IMG/VR virus record: IMGVR_UViG_3300027320_000003
Coordinates: 70,192 to 134,191 of that record
Length of the DNA: 64,000 nt
Reading direction: 5' to 3' (one strand)
Origin: a virus
Taxonomy: Duplodnaviria > Heunggongvirae > Uroviricota > Caudoviricetes
Shown: piece by piece, positions 1 to 9,345 of the stretch
How the letters are laid out: every line of letters begins with the position of its first letter
How positions within the stretch are numbered: the stretch's first letter is position 1
Made by a program: the position numbers and the translations under genes
Notes under the pieces: model-generated
Told to the model about the DNA's origin: nothing
What the model saw: only the letters and a program-made list of their open reading frames with translations
The model's database searches: none

Positions 1-59
1 GTTGCACCAAATGTAAAGAGTCCGCAACGCAAACCGAATATTGAACATGGAGACGAATA

Positions 60-839
60 ATGTGCGCAATTCTTAATTGGTGCGGTGAATTACCACCTGG
101 CCTACTGGCTAATCTCCTAGTGGAGATGCAGAGCCGCGGTCGTGATAGCACTGGAATCTCCTGGGTAACCGATACCGGGAAACGTATGCTGCTCAAACAT
201 GACGTTCCAGCGAATGTCTTTGTTGAGAATCAGGCAAAGCACCTGGCGGTTATTGAGAAGAATCGATCCGGTATTGCCCACACTCGCCGAGCCAGCAAAG
301 GTATGCCAGTCAACGTTCAAAACGCCCATCCATTTGCCTATTGCGGATATGTCTTTGCCCACAACGGTATCGTCCAGAACTGGAGGAGCATCCGTGAGAA
401 TTACATTGCCACCTACGTCGATGAGAGTCTGAAGTATGCCAAGAGCATACAGACGGACAGTCTTGTACTCGGACCAATGATTCGTAACAAGGATTTCTCT
501 GAGGCTGTTGGCAGCATGGGTCTCGTCTGGATTTCACCGGATGGTAAGACATGGGCAATGCGAAGCTGCAAGGAACTTGAATCAGTAATGATTGAATGGG
601 AGAGCACTGATTCTACAGTGAAGCATAAAGTTTCCATAGTCTGTAGCACAGTAGACATCGTTTACAACGCAATAGAGGCCACCCACAAGAGCACCGGAAT
701 TGGATATGATGCCAACGGAACCTCAATGGATGAACACGTTCTCTACCGGAACACTGAGGAAGGTATATTGGATTGTGGCGATGTTCCAGTGAACGAGAAG
801 AACAAGGAAGATAACTTCACCAGTGGTAAAGTCGTATGA
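60..839 (+). CDS. class II (Ntn-type) glutamine amidotransferase domain protein
   Basis: N-terminal Met-Cys nucleophile (MCAILNW). RRASKG and NAHPF motifs are typical of Gn_AT_II domains. The 259 aa contain only the amidotransferase domain. Confidence 0.5.
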   Translation: MCAILNWCGELPPGLLANLLVEMQSRGRDSTGISWVTDTGKRMLLKHDVPANVFVENQAKHLAVIEKNRSGIAHTRRASKGMPVNVQNAHPFAYCGYVFAHNGIVQNWRSIRENYIATYVDESLKYAKSIQTDSLVLGPMIRNKDFSEAVGSMGLVWISPDGKTWAMRSCKELESVMIEWESTDSTVKHKVSIVCSTVDIVYNAIEATHKSTGIGYDANGTSMDEHVLYRNTEEGILDCGDVPVNEKNKEDNFTSGKVV

Positions 840-1369
840 GCCTACTGATTACTAGCCGTGGTGTCGAGGTTTCAACCGATGTGTACGTCTACACCTTCTT
901 TATAACCTACTCTCTGCGCTGTGGCGGTGAACCAGAGGAGTACTTCATAAAGAGGTCAGAAACCTCGTGGAATCGATTCGCATCACTAATCAAATCCGAC
1001 CTCAACAAATTGTCGCAGACTGAGCCAGAGGTTGGTCAGATCATCGCAGACTGGCTGATTTCACTCAATGATTGCCGCCATAGCACCCACTCCGGTACCC
1101 GCATTGCGCGTGTCCGTCTAGCGCTCGACCAGCACGGTAAGGAGACGCTATTCAAGGTGATTATGGACGTGTTGACCCTGTTCTTCACGGAGTTTGAGAT
1201 TAAACAGATTAAGAGGCTCGGTGAACCGGCTGAAAAAAGCTACAAATTAATCCAACCAAGGCACAGCTTTCAACTACCGCTAAAAACTTTCGTAAAAGAA
1301 CCTCCATTCCTAGCAGAGGTTACTGACGCAGGATTAGTTCTTGTCCAAGATGAACCTACCACCGCTTGA
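836..1369 (+). CDS. hypothetical protein
   Basis: 177-aa ORF; start overlaps the upstream stop (ATGA). No recognisable motif. Confidence 0.4.
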   Translation: MSLLITSRGVEVSTDVYVYTFFITYSLRCGGEPEEYFIKRSETSWNRFASLIKSDLNKLSQTEPEVGQIIADWLISLNDCRHSTHSGTRIARVRLALDQHGKETLFKVIMDVLTLFFTEFEIKQIKRLGEPAEKSYKLIQPRHSFQLPLKTFVKEPPFLAEVTDAGLVLVQDEPTTA

Positions 1370-1775
1370 CCCAATCACTATTGATGGCTTCACGCTCGAT
1401 GTGAACCACTACCTAACCGAACCGTATGACGATATCGGGCAGGCATCCATCGAGTTGCCAACCATTCTTGAGTGGATCAACACCAAGCGCCAGAACATGT
1501 ACGTTCTTGAGGCAAACATAAAGCAGCAGATAGAGAAGCACGAATCAAAGCTATTTCTCCGGTATTGCAGCGACGGCGTTAAGCGCACCGCCAAGCACAT
1601 TGATTACATGCTCTGCGACGATGAGGACATTGCCGCGCTGCAGTCTGACCTCAACGAGACTCGCGGTTGGAATCTACGACTCGAGAATCTCGGCACCATC
1701 ATACGGCAGAAGATCGATATGCTACGTAGTGCCGAAAGTACCCGCAGAAGAATTTTTGAGCAGGAGTCGCGATGA
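1341..1775 (+). CDS. hypothetical protein
   Basis: 144-aa ORF in the same co-directional block. Confidence 0.4.
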   Translation: MSKMNLPPLDPITIDGFTLDVNHYLTEPYDDIGQASIELPTILEWINTKRQNMYVLEANIKQQIEKHESKLFLRYCSDGVKRTAKHIDYMLCDDEDIAALQSDLNETRGWNLRLENLGTIIRQKIDMLRSAESTRRRIFEQESR

Positions 1776-1894
1776 AGTTTTTAAATTTCGTTAGGACCGT
1801 GGTTCTAGTCCTCACCTGCATTGCCGTAGGATTCGCGATCGCGATCACTCTGACGGTAGTATACGCAATTTCAGCTGCTCGCAGCATTAAATAA
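1772..1894 (+). CDS. small hydrophobic membrane peptide (40 aa)
   Basis: ATG overlaps the upstream stop (ATGA). Translation MKFLNFVRTVVLVLTCIAVGFAIAITLTVVYAISAARSIK is a single predicted TM helix. Not in the ORF track because it is shorter than 60 aa. Confidence 0.3.
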   Translation: MKFLNFVRTVVLVLTCIAVGFAIAITLTVVYAISAARSIK

Positions 1895-1910
1895 AGGAAT
1901 AGGAGATAAA

Positions 1911-3284
1911 ATGGCAAAATATAAGACAGACCCTGGCTTGTTGGATGAACTCGACGCGGAAGTTTCGTACGGTGAAAACCTGCGAAGCAAGACATCGACT
2001 TGGATGAAAATGCTAAAGGTAGACGATTACCTCAATGACGAGGGTGATTCGATTACTTTTCGCATTCTACCGGCACAGTTCACCTCTAAGAAGACATGGT
2101 TTGTTCGGTACGCCCAGCATTGGGTATCTAGTCGACCAAAGATGTGCGTTACCCACACTAACCCTGAACTTGGCGGTAACCCTGACTTTGAATGTCCTAT
2201 GTGCCAGGTCTATGAGAAGTACCATGCATCCGGTACTGAGGCACAACAGAACGCTGTTTGGAAGATGGGTAGTGACATTCGTTATTACGTCGCCGTTATT
2301 CCAATCTCCAGCTACGTGGCGTCTAACCAACGGCATACCGCTTTTAAAGATTCAGAGAAGGTTCCGCACCGTCTCGACATTCGTAACAACCAATTTCGCG
2401 AGATTGTGATGATCAACCGGAACTACATCGCCAAGAAACCAAAGAGCGGCGGTATCATTGATCCGTACAGTGGGTGTGATTTAACCTTCACAAAACTCAA
2501 GGCTCGTGGTAAAATCAGCATCGTTAAAGAGGACGCAGCTATGGTCTATGGAGAGACAGAGGCCGAGGCTGAAGCGTTTCTTGACGAGATTTGGCCAATG
2601 ATCAAAAACTTCGACATGGAAGTACCAGACAACAACACGTTAGACGAGATTGTTGACGACATGGAGGCCCAGATCAGCAAGCTCGGTAACGCACGCCCAC
2701 CACGTGGTGCCACGTCAATTCCACCTCGAACGCGTGGACGATCCACTGAGGAACATTCCATAGACGATGATGATCTTCCTATGGACGAGCCACCCCGCCG
2801 TACGTCGCTGCCACCTGCCAGAGCCGCAGCGCCAGCGCGCCAAGCCGCTCCACCGGCACGACGAGCACCAGAGCCTGAGCCTGTTCACGAGGACGAAGGT
2901 CATGGAGCTGACGAGCAGGAGTATACGGAACAGAGTAACCAAGAACCTGAGCCACCACCGGCACCAGTAAGAAGTGCTGCACCGGCCAGAGTTGCTCCGA
3001 CTGCACCACCTGCCTCCGCACCACGGTCACGTCTGATCCCTGCACGAGTTGCTCCAACCAATGCTGTTCCACCACGAGTTGGTGCCGATGAGGATGGTGA
3101 GGATGACGGAGTTGCTCCAGAGCGTCATGACCCAGCCCCAGTGTCCAACGCTCCAGTTGACTCTGAAATCATCGAAGATAACACACCGCCACCAGTTAAG
3201 GCTGTTGGCTCTAATCTTCGTCCTGATCTTCAAGCACGTCTCGCGAAATCAATCAGTCGCACAATTGCACCAACCCAAGGTTAA
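1911..3284 (+). CDS. putative ssDNA-binding protein (gp32-like) with Pro/Ala-rich C-terminal tail
   Basis: Good SD (aggagataaaATG). Putative Zn site C-x2-H-x12-C-x2-C (KMCVTHT...FECPMCQ). Long low-complexity PA-rich C-terminus. Lies immediately upstream of the RecA/UvsX-like gene, the usual SSB position. Confidence 0.4.
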   Translation: MAKYKTDPGLLDELDAEVSYGENLRSKTSTWMKMLKVDDYLNDEGDSITFRILPAQFTSKKTWFVRYAQHWVSSRPKMCVTHTNPELGGNPDFECPMCQVYEKYHASGTEAQQNAVWKMGSDIRYYVAVIPISSYVASNQRHTAFKDSEKVPHRLDIRNNQFREIVMINRNYIAKKPKSGGIIDPYSGCDLTFTKLKARGKISIVKEDAAMVYGETEAEAEAFLDEIWPMIKNFDMEVPDNNTLDEIVDDMEAQISKLGNARPPRGATSIPPRTRGRSTEEHSIDDDDLPMDEPPRRTSLPPARAAAPARQAAPPARRAPEPEPVHEDEGHGADEQEYTEQSNQEPEPPPAPVRSAAPARVAPTAPPASAPRSRLIPARVAPTNAVPPRVGADEDGEDDGVAPERHDPAPVSNAPVDSEIIEDNTPPPVKAVGSNLRPDLQARLAKSISRTIAPTQG

Positions 3285-3287
3285 TAG

Positions 3288-4619
3288 ATGACAACAGAGA
3301 ATGATAATGAAACAATTGAGGTAGTTGATCCTATGCCAGGCGAGAAGGTTCCAAAGCTAAAGATGAAGGCGAAGAAGGACACACTGTCTCGCATCATCGG
3401 CAAGATCAATAAGTGCAAGCCACGGAACGATAAGGAAGGCACCATCGAGGTGTCACGCAGCAACCAAAATATACTGTCGTCTGCGAAATTCTTCATTCGC
3501 ACTGGCATCAGATCCTTCGACGACATGACTACTGGTGGAATCCCAGGTGGTCGTATCACCGAGATCTACGGACCTGAGGGGTGCGGTAAAACAGCGCTCT
3601 CAATTCGCGCCTGTGTTAAGGGTCAGACCGGTGAGATCTACGAACGACTGCCGGACAAGACCTTTGTAAAGTATGACAAGCCATATGAGGTCTCGGTTGT
3701 TTACGTCGACAACGAGCAGAGTCTCGACGAAGGTGATCGTATGGTTGTCGATGGAATTAAGGCTGATTTTGCCGTGGTTCGGTGTGACACCGTCGCCCAA
3801 CTCTTTAAGACTATTGACCTTGTGCTAACAGAGGTTATGGCAATCGAGGCTGAAACGAAAATTAAGCAATTCGTAATCGTAGTTGTTGACACCATCGCTA
3901 GTACCTCATCCACCGAGGAAATGACCTCTGAGTGGGGCAAACAGGATTATAGCCGTCAACCTAAACAACTCCGTGAGGGTTTCCGAATCATGATGCGCGA
4001 TATCAACCGTGCACAGATGTTCTTCATTGGTATTAACCAAGTATCAGACAACTTCAACTCCACCGTCAAAAAAAGTCCTTATGCATCACAAGTGCCACAG
4101 GAGGAGGAGTTCAGCAGCTTTGGTGGTAAAGCGCTCAAGTTCTATAGCAGCCTACGAGTCTTTATGGCGCTCGCTGGGCCGTACAAGACCAGCAAAAAGC
4201 AAACTAACCCTGCTGGATTACAATTCGAGTTTTTTGTTAAGAAGAACCGCCAGGGTGTTCCACTCCGTAAGGGTAGAGTGGTCCTATTGTTCAGCGGTGG
4301 ATTCTCCGACACCTACAGCACACTCGAGCACCTCATGCGCCAGAAGCTCATTACGATGGGTTCCGGTGGTGATTATGTCTTTAAACTCAGCTCCGTTGGA
4401 CTAACCGGCGGTAACACCTCACTCGATGACATGGAGGATGGCAAGGGCGACGAGCTTGTTTGTCCAAGTAAAGATGAGTGGCCGGCGTTTTTAGAGAAGC
4501 ACCGTGCAGTGCTAGATAAGTTCTGGGCTGCAACAGTAATTAAAACCCTTGAATCAGACGTACCGATGGATGCGGTGCCAGACGACGAGGACGATATCCT
4601 AGAGGATGAGGAACTATAA
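3288..4619 (+). CDS. RecA/UvsX-family recombinase
   Basis: GGIPGGRITEIYGPEGCGKT matches the RecA segment [20 protein letters not shown] (Walker A). VVVDTIAS is Walker B-like. 443 aa. Confidence 0.75.
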   Translation: MTTENDNETIEVVDPMPGEKVPKLKMKAKKDTLSRIIGKINKCKPRNDKEGTIEVSRSNQNILSSAKFFIRTGIRSFDDMTTGGIPGGRITEIYGPEGCGKTALSIRACVKGQTGEIYERLPDKTFVKYDKPYEVSVVYVDNEQSLDEGDRMVVDGIKADFAVVRCDTVAQLFKTIDLVLTEVMAIEAETKIKQFVIVVVDTIASTSSTEEMTSEWGKQDYSRQPKQLREGFRIMMRDINRAQMFFIGINQVSDNFNSTVKKSPYASQVPQEEEFSSFGGKALKFYSSLRVFMALAGPYKTSKKQTNPAGLQFEFFVKKNRQGVPLRKGRVVLLFSGGFSDTYSTLEHLMRQKLITMGSGGDYVFKLSSVGLTGGNTSLDDMEDGKGDELVCPSKDEWPAFLEKHRAVLDKFWAATVIKTLESDVPMDAVPDDEDDILEDEEL

Positions 4620-5383
4620 TGCGCATACGTGAAGCAACGACAGAGGAGATCACTCTCCTAGACGGAGTAATATCAACCTACCATGGTGATCTTGTACGGT
4701 CTGATGTAAAGGTTAAACTCCTCTTTGTAGGTAGTAAACTCGACGAGAACGGTGATCCTAAAGGACCAGCTCTCAAGATGCACGGAGTAGCGTGCGCAGC
4801 GCAGATTAAGGTACAAAAGAACATTGACAAGTATCTTACCGGGTATCATGCCGTGGTTCGTGTAGACATGGACATGTGGGATGATTATAACGAGAACCGT
4901 CGCAAAGCGCTATTGGATCATGAACTATCGCACCTTGTGGTGGTAAAGGATCAGAATGGCAACGTGAAAATGGATGAGGAAGGCAACATTAAAATCAAAT
5001 GCCGACCAGACGATTACACCATCAACGGTTTCTATCACCTGATTCAACGGCATGCCGGTGATGCGATCGAGGCCCTATCGTTGGGCATCACTGCACAAAA
5101 CGTGCGCCAGGTTGCTCCGAATGCAGCCCAAGCGATATTTAGTGGAACAAGCACAATTGGAACTGGATCAGCTGGGCCACAGGGACGAACCGGACCGGTT
5201 GGATCCTCAGGCGCTCCTATTAACGCCGCGGCCACAACTGCCTCATACACTGAGACTGTGGCTACCGCCGGTTCGCCTATGTGGCAAGCGCTTGCCGGTA
5301 TTCCAACCACACGGGTTTCTGGCACTGCCACGGCGCCAGTTACTCCACGAATTTCGCTCCCATCGACACTGAGCCAACAATAA
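4619..5383 (+). CDS. hypothetical protein with HExxH motif and disordered C-terminal tail
   Basis: LLDHELSHL contains HExxH. The C-terminal tail carries GSPMWQALAGIPT, a motif shared with the ORF at 26871-27284. Confidence 0.4.
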   Translation: MRIREATTEEITLLDGVISTYHGDLVRSDVKVKLLFVGSKLDENGDPKGPALKMHGVACAAQIKVQKNIDKYLTGYHAVVRVDMDMWDDYNENRRKALLDHELSHLVVVKDQNGNVKMDEEGNIKIKCRPDDYTINGFYHLIQRHAGDAIEALSLGITAQNVRQVAPNAAQAIFSGTSTIGTGSAGPQGRTGPVGSSGAPINAAATTASYTETVATAGSPMWQALAGIPTTRVSGTATAPVTPRISLPSTLSQQ

Positions 5384-5384
5384 A

Positions 5385-5416
5385 CTTTCCATTCCCGAGA
5401 ATCGATGTATTCTCCT
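5385..5416 (+). promoter_or_regulatory. conserved promoter-like element, copy 1 (CTTTCCA-N13-ATGTATTCTCCT)
   Basis: Matches the repeated motif. Here it is followed by a 24-nt leader with SD gaaagga before the ATG at 5441. Confidence 0.5.
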
Positions 5417-5440
5417 GTTACACCAACTGAAAGGATCCAA

Positions 5441-5989
5441 ATGTTAGAAATTAAAACAACAGACGTTCGTCATATTGAATACTACCTCAAACGAAGTAGT
5501 TTCTCCGAGGCTGTAGAGGCCACCGGTACCGTAAACGTCGGTACCGATGTTAAACCGAGCGTAGTTCTCGCGAAGGCGCTCGACCTTACTAAGGCCCTTG
5601 TTAACCATGGTGTTGACAATATTCGTAGTCTCAAGAAGGAGCAGATTCTCAAAGCGTACGCCGCTCTCAACTCTGCTGAAGGATTAACAGTGGTTGCACC
5701 AGCCCCTGTCGCACCAGTGGCACCGCAGGAAGTATCGCAAGACCAGACTGACGTTATTCCACCAGAGATTAGCGATAACACGATCGAAACTATGTCGTTG
5801 CCTGAAGGATCAAACAATGCCCATATCCCACGTGGTACCGCGATTCTAACACTGCTTCTCTCTGCCTATCAACTGGCATCATACGATATTGCAAAATATG
5901 ATAAACGTCCCGAGGCTCAAAATTTGTTGAAAAAGTTAGGAAACTTGTGTTCTGACTACAACCTACTTGCCAACAAAAAACGAAGCTAA
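5441..5989 (+). CDS. hypothetical protein
   Basis: The ORF track begins at 5405, inside the promoter motif. The in-frame ATG at 5441 with an SD is more plausible. Confidence 0.4.
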   Translation: MLEIKTTDVRHIEYYLKRSSFSEAVEATGTVNVGTDVKPSVVLAKALDLTKALVNHGVDNIRSLKKEQILKAYAALNSAEGLTVVAPAPVAPVAPQEVSQDQTDVIPPEISDNTIETMSLPEGSNNAHIPRGTAILTLLLSAYQLASYDIAKYDKRPEAQNLLKKLGNLCSDYNLLANKKRS

Positions 5990-5997
5990 GGAATATA

Positions 5998-7077
5998 ATG
6001 CCACGAGCACGACGTAAGAAGAGTGAAGGACCGGATAGAGAACATATTTTTCCAGCAACGATCGTCACAGATCTAGTGCTCCAGTGGAAACAGGCCATAG
6101 AGGATGGAAGAGACCGCGAGTCTCAATATCTCCTCGAGGATATCATTAAGAAGTCTGAGCAAATGTTTCGCCGATTTGCTCAATACGAAGGTTTTCACCA
6201 TACGGTTGACCTTGACAGCCTTGTTCATAAAGCCAATAGCATGATGCCAAAGTGGCTGACCTATTGGAAACCTAAAAAAGGTAAGTTATTCTCGTGGCTT
6301 GGTAAATGTGCAAAGAACGCGTTTCTTGCCGAGGTTGTAAAGACTAGCCAATACAACAAGCGTTACTTCTCAACCGACGACAGTCTTGAGAAATTCATCG
6401 GTACTGAGGACCACGAGGTTCATCGTCGTGAGGTGGCTAAGAACCACATTGAACGCCTCAAACAACTCACCTCTCGTTGGGCAGACGATCAAATCGTAGA
6501 GTGCATTCGCTACCACATTATCTCTATCTCAGAGAATCCAGAGATCAACAAACGAATTCTCATGCTCTCCGGATCATATGCCAGTGGACTGTCAATTGAC
6601 ATGTCGAAGTGGTGCTATTACTGGAGCCTAGTGTCTCTGCGTGATGCCATGTACGAAAGAGTCATTCCAGGTTACACTGATCAAGATTTGTTCCGAATGC
6701 AACACAGTTACACCTATCTGCCAGACCTGCTTAACATTATTACATGGAAGCAGATGTTGCAGATTGTTGCAGTTATGGGTGGTATGAGAATGAAAGTTCC
6801 TACACTAACCCAGATTCAGGAGACTAAGACTCGATATAATATCCAGAGGCGCATGGTGAGATCTGACCTTGACCCGGATAGTGTCGCAGCAATCGCGAAA
6901 GAATCCGGTGTTAGCCAATTCACCGCCCAAGAGATTTTTGAGCAGATGTCGCAGATGCTTGACGGCAAGAACGGTGGTGAAGTTCCAATCTTTGATGAGA
7001 ACGACACCGAGAGCTACGCCAACATTGGTGGTGTTGATCACAACGCCGCCGATCCTACGGATAGCGACAATCTGTAA
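5998..7077 (+). CDS. hypothetical protein, possibly a divergent sigma-like factor
   Basis: Stop-SD-ATG junction TAAGGAATATAATGCCA. The segment DIIKKSEQMFRRFAQYEGF...LFSWLGKCAKNAFLAEV loosely resembles sigma-70 region 2 (DLIQEG...FSTYATWWIRQAI). This is weak. Confidence 0.35.
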   Translation: MPRARRKKSEGPDREHIFPATIVTDLVLQWKQAIEDGRDRESQYLLEDIIKKSEQMFRRFAQYEGFHHTVDLDSLVHKANSMMPKWLTYWKPKKGKLFSWLGKCAKNAFLAEVVKTSQYNKRYFSTDDSLEKFIGTEDHEVHRREVAKNHIERLKQLTSRWADDQIVECIRYHIISISENPEINKRILMLSGSYASGLSIDMSKWCYYWSLVSLRDAMYERVIPGYTDQDLFRMQHSYTYLPDLLNIITWKQMLQIVAVMGGMRMKVPTLTQIQETKTRYNIQRRMVRSDLDPDSVAAIAKESGVSQFTAQEIFEQMSQMLDGKNGGEVPIFDENDTESYANIGGVDHNAADPTDSDNL

Positions 7078-7084
7078 AATTCTA

Positions 7085-7136
7085 AACAAAATTGTTTGCG
7101 AATGTTTAATTGTTTCAAACAATTTTGTTTACGAAT
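7085..7136. repeat. intergenic direct repeats, each an imperfect palindrome (operator-like)
   Basis: aaacaaaattgtttgcgaat (7085-7104) and aaacaattttgtttacgaat (7117-7136). The 14-nt cores are reverse complements of each other. Lies in the 170-bp gap upstream of the ORF at 7248. Confidence 0.5.
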
Positions 7137-7247
7137 ACTCAATAATAGTTTAAACGTTCTTTGGTCCACCAACATAGACGCTATAACGTCTTATCTCTGA
7201 CTCGCATCAGAGATTCTGTTGAGGCCAAAATATCTGGAGACCAGCCT

Positions 7248-8669
7248 ATGACCGGTTCATTCGTACTCCCAACCAGGGTGCTACTTGCCATAACCACTAA
7301 CCTATCCCCTGAGGATAAACGCGACCGCCCACCAATTGTCGGTGAGATGATGGGTGAGATTATTGGCATGGCCAATAAGACTGCCCATGGTCGCACCTAT
7401 AGTTCATGCGTAATGCTCTCCCATGAGGACATTGTCGGCGATTGCATGCACAAGCTTTCACGCGCCATATCGAGTGGTAAGATCCGCAAGATTCCGAACA
7501 AGGAGGAGGCCTTCTCCTACATCAAGACGATTTTTAATAACCAGGCACGGAGCATGGTCTCCCGCCATATCAAAACCGCTAAGCGCGGATATGATAAAAA
7601 CTCAGAGAATGATCCAAATGTGGTAGGAAGATATAACGATGTCTCTATCCACGACGAGGAGAGCGGCGTTCAAATCCGAGACCACAACGCCTCCATACCT
7701 GGCTGCGATACCTTTCTCGAAGACAACTCAAAATACTTCTCAGCGACTCAGCAACTTATTCTCAGGGAATTTGCTGAGCCGAGTGAGACCTCATTTCTTC
7801 TGGCCTACATGGACGCCGCCGACGCCGGTAGCAAGAAGATTATTATCAAAGACAAACATCGGGCTGAGGCGCTTGGACTTAGCAATAAGGAATTCCGCTG
7901 TCTGCTGGATTCTATACGTAACAAAATAACGGAGATTAAGAAAATGGAAGCAGACCGCAACACGCCACTATACAACCAAGCCATTGGACGGCTTGAAGAG
8001 AAATTTGGAATTCATATCCCTGGCGCATTACCAACAATCAAAGTTCGTCGACTTCTCACGATCGCAGCGCGTGATCAATACCAAAAATTAGACAAGCCAT
8101 CATTAGACGATCTTCGTACGGTTGGTGCTCGTCTACCTGAGCTTCGTCCTGACGAACGACTGGCCTGCTTCGCAGTTCTCTACGCTAAGAATGATCGTAC
8201 CTGCCAAGTCTGTAGTCTTCGTAATAGCTGCATGGTTGAGGCAGCGAATGTTGGACTTGGTAACATCACCATTAGTCAACGTCTCCTTGGTGCCCGACAA
8301 ACCCGCATCCCAAGTATTATTGTTGGTGATGACAACGATGGTTCACTCGTGACTGGCAAGGATGAAGGTATCTATAGCCATCTCCACCACGTTTGCGACA
8401 GATACGAAGCAAACAAAAAAGAGTTTCAATTCAAACACCGCGACGTCGAAGGTAGTCGCAGTGTTATCTTTGCGGTGTCGGTAAAGCCTAAGTTCCGGTT
8501 GCAATTTGTTAACCCGAGCGAAAACCTCAAGGGATTGCTTATCGAAGAGAACGGCCTCCATTATCCATCCCATGACGCCAGCACTGAGTCAGTTATCGAT
8601 ATGATTGATCAACACGTAAATGAGGTCTACGAGAATTATATTGAATCACTTGACCTGAGCGAAGCATGA
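7248..8669 (+). CDS. hypothetical protein, possibly a divergent sigma-like factor
   Basis: The track starts at a TTG at 7161; the ATG at 7248 is more plausible. EEAFSYIKTIFNNQARSMVSRH resembles sigma region 2.3-2.4. Contains a Cys cluster CQVCSLRNSC. Confidence 0.35.
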   Translation: MTGSFVLPTRVLLAITTNLSPEDKRDRPPIVGEMMGEIIGMANKTAHGRTYSSCVMLSHEDIVGDCMHKLSRAISSGKIRKIPNKEEAFSYIKTIFNNQARSMVSRHIKTAKRGYDKNSENDPNVVGRYNDVSIHDEESGVQIRDHNASIPGCDTFLEDNSKYFSATQQLILREFAEPSETSFLLAYMDAADAGSKKIIIKDKHRAEALGLSNKEFRCLLDSIRNKITEIKKMEADRNTPLYNQAIGRLEEKFGIHIPGALPTIKVRRLLTIAARDQYQKLDKPSLDDLRTVGARLPELRPDERLACFAVLYAKNDRTCQVCSLRNSCMVEAANVGLGNITISQRLLGARQTRIPSIIVGDDNDGSLVTGKDEGIYSHLHHVCDRYEANKKEFQFKHRDVEGSRSVIFAVSVKPKFRLQFVNPSENLKGLLIEENGLHYPSHDASTESVIDMIDQHVNEVYENYIESLDLSEA

Positions 8670-9028
8670 AAAAGAAGAAACAAGGTCCAGCGTTTAAACC
8701 GCCAATCGAGATCTCGGCTGGCAATTACCTAGCCTACGACTCCAAGCATAAATTGGTTGAGATTAAAATCATACAGGTATTAGATAACGAATATGTTAAG
8801 TATGATGACGGATCGGTGTCTTGGACCGACATGACAAAGTTCCTAGCGACCTACACTCCAATTAAAAAGTTGCCGGCGGTGGTAAGCATCCCACAAATTC
8901 AGGAACTCGGTAATTTTCGCGACAAATACTTGACCCACCCGGAAATGCCAAAACCAGTGCCAATCTGGTATACTGTTCCAAATGATGCTCCACAGTTGCC
9001 ACAGATCTATTGCATCACAAACACGTAA
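8666..9028 (+). CDS. hypothetical protein
   Basis: 120-aa ORF with ATGA start/stop overlap. Confidence 0.4.
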   Translation: MKKKKQGPAFKPPIEISAGNYLAYDSKHKLVEIKIIQVLDNEYVKYDDGSVSWTDMTKFLATYTPIKKLPAVVSIPQIQELGNFRDKYLTHPEMPKPVPIWYTVPNDAPQLPQIYCITNT

Positions 9029-9036
9029 GGAATATA

Positions 9037-9345
9037 ATGCCAGACAAAACAAACGCTCTCATTGAGGCCGGATTCATCCGCGGATTAGATATCGTTCTGC
9101 TGATAACACAGGTGATACTAACCATCATTCTCGTAACCGTATCTGTCACGGAACAGGTGTCAGTCAACTGGCGATTTGCCATATTTGGCGTGATGCTATT
9201 CCTGATGCTAGTGTGGTCAATCTCGGTTAGCTTCCGAGCAGCGTACTTTGCACTGACAACGCGCGCTATTGCTGAAACAATGCCACAACAGGCAGCCGCC
9301 TACGCCGCTGGCATTCTAAAACAAAATATCCCAGGTAAAGCCTAA
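9037..9345 (+). CDS. small integral membrane protein
   Basis: Same TAAGGAATATAATGCCA initiation cassette as the gene at 5998. Two or three hydrophobic helices (LLITQVILTIILVTVSV, FAIFGVMLFLMLVWSISV). Confidence 0.45.
   Translation: MPDKTNALIEAGFIRGLDIVLLITQVILTIILVTVSVTEQVSVNWRFAIFGVMLFLMLVWSISVSFRAAYFALTTRAIAETMPQQAAAYAAGILKQNIPGKA

Noticed and set aside
2035-3291. Multiple overlapping ORFs on both strands inside the SSB-like gene (for example 2779-3075 -, 2715-2942 -, 3049-3291 +)
   Set aside because: They are artefacts of the GC-rich Pro/Ala-rich low-complexity C-terminal region, which stays open in several frames.
7078-7160. The AT-rich repeat region considered as a replication origin
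   Set aside because: It has only two repeat units and no DnaA-box-like or iteron array, and sits immediately upstream of a gene. A transcriptional operator is the more economical reading.
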